DNA of 64,000 nt from the IMG/VR virus record IMGVR_UViG_3300045988_109025, positions 16,804 to 80,803 of that record; one strand, written 5' to 3'. This stretch comes from a virus. Both the position numbers and the translations under genes were made by a program. Position 1 is the first letter of the stretch. Every line of letters begins with the position of its first letter. Under the pieces are notes generated by a model. It made no database searches and was not told the DNA's origin. It saw nothing but the letters and a program-made list of their open reading frames with translations. Below are positions 61,172 through 64,000 of this stretch, piece by piece.

Positions 61172-61318
61172 TTATGAGCTTTCCTTCTTGTCAATAGTGT
61201 TTTCTGTAGTGTCAATGACACCATTCATATATCCAAGAAGATAGTTTTTCTTATCATCTGGTAACTTATCAATTCGTTCAGTTACGTTTCTGATAAGTTC
61301 TTTTTTTTCCTCTGACAT
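61172..61318 (-). CDS. first early-operon mini-protein (Cro position)
   Basis: 48 aa, MSEEKKELIRNVTERIDKLPDDKKNYLLGYMNGVIDTTENTIDKKESS, with an AGGAGGTGA RBS. It is transcribed divergently from the repressor. I see no obvious HTH. Confidence 0.4.
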   Translation of the reverse strand: MSEEKKELIRNVTERIDKLPDDKKNYLLGYMNGVIDTTENTIDKKESS

Positions 61319-61344
61319 TCAATCACCTCCTATTTGTTCATCTG

Positions 61345-61406
61345 ATGTACACAATATACCACACTTGATGTACATTGTCAATAACTTTTTGTTGACTAAA
61401 TGTACA
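61345..61406. promoter_or_regulatory. three ATGTACA operator boxes in the cI/early intergenic region
   Basis: ATGTACA occurs at 61345, 61368 and 61400. Each contains the palindrome TGTACA and overlaps a promoter element. Confidence 0.65.
61353..61381 (-). promoter_or_regulatory. early (lytic) promoter TTGACA-17-TATATT
   Basis: The minus strand reads TTGACAatgtacatcaagtgtggTATATT. Confidence 0.65.
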
Positions 61407-61420
61407 TAGTGTGATATATT
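61392..61420 (+). promoter_or_regulatory. repressor promoter TTGACT-17-TATATT
   Basis: TTGACTaaatgtacatagtgtgaTATATT, followed by an AGGAGGTGA RBS and the ATG at 61440. Confidence 0.65.
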
Positions 61421-61439
61421 ATTTTTAGGAGGTGAGAAA

Positions 61440-61796
61440 ATGACATTAGCGGAAAGAATTCGGTTTGTTCGTGAAAAATACGGTGATAGCCAAACGAAAT
61501 TTGCCGAAAAAATTAAGATTTCCAGATCTGCTGTAAGCAAGATTGAAAGTGGTGAAAATACTCCTTCTAATCAGACCATTACTTTAATCTGTAATGAATA
61601 TCACACAAACTATCTGTGGCTAACAGAAGAAAAAGGTGAACAGGAATCTGACAATAGTGATGCGCAGGCTATTGTAGATTCAGTAATGAAGGGCGATAAC
61701 GAATTTGCTAAAAGTGTTTTGGTAAAATTTGCGAAGCTCAGCGAAGATCACTGGAAACAAATTGAAAACATTCTAAATGAATTGGAAAAGAATTAA
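61440..61796 (+). CDS. XRE-family (cI-like) repressor
   Basis: 118 aa. The HTH is SQTKFAEKIKISRSAVSKIESGENTPS. It is divergent from the early operon. Confidence 0.8.
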   Translation: MTLAERIRFVREKYGDSQTKFAEKIKISRSAVSKIESGENTPSNQTITLICNEYHTNYLWLTEEKGEQESDNSDAQAIVDSVMKGDNEFAKSVLVKFAKLSEDHWKQIENILNELEKN

Positions 61797-61801
61797 AGAA
61801 A

Positions 61802-61830
61802 GGCCGGGGTTAATCCCCGGTCATTTCTTT
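61802..61830 (+). terminator. terminator after the repressor gene
   Basis: GGCCGGGG ttaa TCCCCGGTC followed by ATTTCTTTT. Confidence 0.55.
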
Positions 61831-61977
61831 TATGTAAAGATATTCAAGAAGCTTATAAACACGTTTAAGCGTGTAAGGGTCTTTCACCTCTTCTAAAAGT
61901 TTTTTAATTTCCTCTTTGTAATTAATATCATCATTTTTCTTGTAATCCACGTAAATCCCTCCCAATATTCCAAACAT
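61810..61977 (-). CDS. hypothetical 55-aa protein
   Basis: Manual translation gives MFGILGGIYVDYKKNDDINYKEEIKKLLEEVKDPYTLKRVYKLLEYLYIKEMTGD. Its 3' end runs into the terminator hairpin. Confidence 0.35.
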   Translation of the reverse strand: MFGILGGIYVDYKKNDDINYKEEIKKLLEEVKDPYTLKRVYKLLEYLYIKEMTGD

Positions 61978-61995
61978 TTGTTCCTGCTTATTAAA

Positions 61996-62352
61996 TTATA
62001 TCATGTTTTCGCAACCATATAATGGGACGGAATCATCTCCACTTAAATCCTTCCTAGCAAGTTGCTTTTCCTCGATATTATTGCAAATTATGATTTTTTC
62101 AGTATAGATATTGTGATTTTGGTACTTTTCATTCGTTATATATGTAGATAGAAATAAAGGGGCTGGGTTTTTGGAATCGAGGGATTTTTTGTGCTCATTT
62201 GGATTGCTTTTGATTTCCGTCACCATTTTTGCGATAGTTTTAACCCTCCCAAAGATAATACTACGCTCTGGGCTGGAATACACATGAATTCCAATAAACA
62301 CATGCACAAACATCAATATTAAGATAATCGTTATCTTCTTGCGTCTTTCCAT
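61996..62352 (-). CDS. membrane-anchored hypothetical protein
   Basis: 118 aa with an N-terminal signal-anchor (RRKKITIILILMFVHVFIGIHVY). Confidence 0.5.
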   Translation of the reverse strand: MERRKKITIILILMFVHVFIGIHVYSSPERSIIFGRVKTIAKMVTEIKSNPNEHKKSLDSKNPAPLFLSTYITNEKYQNHNIYTEKIIICNNIEEKQLARKDLSGDDSVPLYGCENMI

Positions 62353-62472
62353 TATCCAGCCTCTTTACACTATCTTTCTTATGTGGTACGATAATATTGT
62401 ATCAAAAAATATACAATTACACAGGAAATGGCGAAATCAGCACATGCAGCGACGAATTTCGCACAAAAAGGG

Positions 62473-63183
62473 ATGATTTTTTTGAGGATTGCAATATGTG
62501 ATGACAACGAATTACAACTTGAGATTTTTAAAACAAGAATGGACGGTTTTCTTCGTAGAAATGGGGACAGTGGATGCGCGATCACGGCATATACCACCGG
62601 TAAACCTCTTATTGATGATGTAAATGACGGCGTATGGTACGACATAATTGTGCTGGATATTATATTGAAAGATGAAAATGGGATTGATGTTGCCCGGCAT
62701 CTTAGAAAGAATGGATATGTAGGGAATATCACCTTTTGGACAGCCCACAAGGAATATGTGTTTGATGCTCTGGATATCCTTCCTGTTCACTATATCATAA
62801 AAGGCTCGGAAGATGGAAGAATGTATGGTGTAGTCAACAGGGAACTGGAAAATATCCATGATAAAACGCTGACTGTAAAGAACAAGGATTATTTCCACAG
62901 GGTTGATTTCTGCCATATTGAATATATTGAAAGTCGCAATAAATACATCACTATCCATTGTACCTGTGGTATCGCTCATATGCAGAGAGGGAAACTTTCG
63001 GACGTTGAAAAGCAACTGGACAGACGGTTTTTACGCTGCCACCAAAGCTACATTGTCAACATGGATGAAGTCTGGGAACTTCGTTCTGATTTCAGAATGG
63101 TATCTGGAGATGTGGTTCCGATTAGGAGAAAAGACCTTTCGGCGATCAGAAAACTTTATGAAGGCTATATTGCATTTAAGTAG
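62473..63183 (+). CDS. LytTR-family response regulator (REC + LytTR)
   Basis: REC: IAICDDNELQ...YDIIVLDIILKDENGIDVARHLR. LytTR: IEYIESRNKYITIHC...FLRCHQSYIVNMDEV...VPIRRK. The start is ATG 62473 or TTG 62482; the track start at 62428 is unlikely. Confidence 0.8.
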   Translation: MIFLRIAICDDNELQLEIFKTRMDGFLRRNGDSGCAITAYTTGKPLIDDVNDGVWYDIIVLDIILKDENGIDVARHLRKNGYVGNITFWTAHKEYVFDALDILPVHYIIKGSEDGRMYGVVNRELENIHDKTLTVKNKDYFHRVDFCHIEYIESRNKYITIHCTCGIAHMQRGKLSDVEKQLDRRFLRCHQSYIVNMDEVWELRSDFRMVSGDVVPIRRKDLSAIRKLYEGYIAFK

Positions 63184-63211
63184 CTCCCGGGAAAACCCCG
63201 GGAGTGTTTTT
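63184..63211 (+). terminator. terminator between the convergent LytTR and endolysin genes
   Basis: CTCCCGGG aaaac CCCGGGAG followed by TGTTTTT. Confidence 0.65.
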
Positions 63212-63212
63212 G

Positions 63213-64000
63213 TTATTTAAGAAGTTTGTTTACTGCATTCTGCACTTCTGTGTAATTGTAGCCAGCAGCTTCCAGGCGGTCTTTTCTGTCCTGTCCATTT
63301 CCCCATTCGCCATTGATTACCTCTTTTGCTACCTTGGCTACACTTTTCTTTGCAGTCACGGAATACACAGCTTTTCCATTCCAATCAAAAACAGAATAAC
63401 CGGCTTTGCAAGCCTTCTTTGCATTTTTGAGTGACTTGTAAGCCCCGATCTGGCTCTTGGAATCCTTCCAGGTCTTGCGGACACGGTAATACTTGTCAAC
63501 CTTTACTGTCGGCTTTGTGGTTGGCGCTGTCACTGTTTCACTGGAAATGAGCTTCTTGAATCTATTCCAGTCACCCTTTCCACGAATAACGGATGGACAA
63601 TTCTTAGCGCACACATCGTAATGTTGCACTACTCGGCTTGCCGGAATGCCATATTTCTTCATAAGCTGCTTGCACACATCAACGGTATTCTGGAATGCCT
63701 TTTCGTAGTTATATCCAGCATTCATGCACATTTCAATTCCAATAGAGTTGTGATTGTTTACAGTTCCAAACAGCTTACCTCCGTAATTTACCCCAACATG
63801 CCATGCTCCACGATTGTACGGCAAGGCTTGATATGCTGACTTATCGTCAACGAATACGTGGGCTGAATAGCCATGAAAATTGCCATTATGCTGTGCGGTG
63901 GCGTGTGCCTTGGCATCTGCTGTCTTGGCGGTATTATCCGTATTGTGGATGACAATATACAGAGGTGTCTGTCCGGCGTAGCTGTTGTTGTTGCTGATTA
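63213..64000 (-). CDS. N-acetylmuramoyl-L-alanine amidase endolysin with C-terminal Cpl-7-like repeat (partial; N-terminus beyond window end)
   Basis: The frame is open from 64000. The manually translated upstream part ...GQTPLYIVIHNTDNTAKTADAKAHATAQHNGNFHGYSAHVFVDDKSAYQALPYNRGAWHVG is an amidase_2/PGRP-type motif. The C-terminal EVINGEWGNGQDRKDRLEAAGYNYTEVQNAVNKLL resembles Cpl-7. Confidence 0.8.
   Translation of the reverse strand, partial: ISNNNSYAGQTPLYIVIHNTDNTAKTADAKAHATAQHNGNFHGYSAHVFVDDKSAYQALPYNRGAWHVGVNYGGKLFGTVNNHNSIGIEMCMNAGYNYEKAFQNTVDVCKQLMKKYGIPASRVVQHYDVCAKNCPSVIRGKGDWNRFKKLISSETVTAPTTKPTVKVDKYYRVRKTWKDSKSQIGAYKSLKNAKKACKAGYSVFDWNGKAVYSVTAKKSVAKVAKEVINGEWGNGQDRKDRLEAAGYNYTEVQNAVNKLLK

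Noticed and set aside
62379-63015. Minus-strand ORFs 62379..62750 and 62512..63015.
   Set aside because: They are antisense to the plus-strand ORF, which carries clear REC and LytTR motifs.
1-64000. Whole-window stop-codon recoding (TGA read as Trp), suggested by the UCA tRNA.
   Set aside because: Long genes (terL, portal, capsid, the 942-aa fibre, the SMC-like ATPase, the integrase and the >870-codon tape-measure frame) are uninterrupted in the standard code. Recoding is therefore not needed to read this window. The tRNA remains flagged as a separate finding.
1-64000. Signatures of a DGR/retron (reverse transcriptase), a toxin-antitoxin pair or a known defence system.
   Set aside because: No RT-like (YxDD) ORF, no recognisable toxin fold next to the RHH genes, and no defence-system ATPase/nuclease pair that I can name were seen by eye.

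Overview
The window is almost entirely an AT-rich temperate siphovirus-type phage or prophage of a Gram-positive host. A Clostridia-like host is an inference from GGAGG-type ribosome-binding sites (RBSs) and the DUF4317/DUF4417/DUF5052-like genes. Nearly all genes are on the minus strand. No host flanks are visible.

Gene order, read right to left on the minus strand:
- 63213..64000: 3' part of an amidase endolysin.
- 61.3-63.2 kb: lysogeny/accessory patch with a LytTR response regulator, a cI-like repressor and divergent promoters carrying three ATGTACA operators.
- 35-61 kb: early module. It holds an antirepressor, an SMC/Rad50-like ATPase, two double-OB paralogs, RecT, an MBL-fold protein, SSB, two DNA methyltransferases, a MazG / radical-SAM / DUF4317 trio, a replisome organizer and a G39P-like loader.
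- 33237..34949: large serine recombinase.
- 31.6-32.5 kb: ORF-poor, promoter-containing region.
- 29.2-31.5 kb: plus-strand island of five orphan genes, controlled from an RHH/operator array.
- Packaging and morphogenesis: terS (26816..27406) and terL (18418..20112) are split by about 6.7 kb. The insert carries an HNH gene, four tRNAs, many Cys-rich mini-proteins and an SPFH gene. Portal, Mu-F-like, scaffold, decoration, major capsid and connector genes follow.
- 5970..12989: unusual ~7 kb insertion, followed by the tail genes up to a partial tape measure (1..2615).

Best candidates for something new:
1. A self-regulated operon of low-complexity proteins, plus a fibre/esterase, inserted in the head-tail joining module.
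2. A ~1.3 kb gene-free array of degenerate CTGTTCTG-type units flanking an orphan 225-aa ORF.
3. A well-folded tRNA whose anticodon loop reads UCA (opal-suppressor-like).
4. The MazG / radical-SAM / DUF4317 operon.
5. An RHH switch with six GTGCTTAAT boxes.

All functional calls come from reading motifs by eye. No database search was run.
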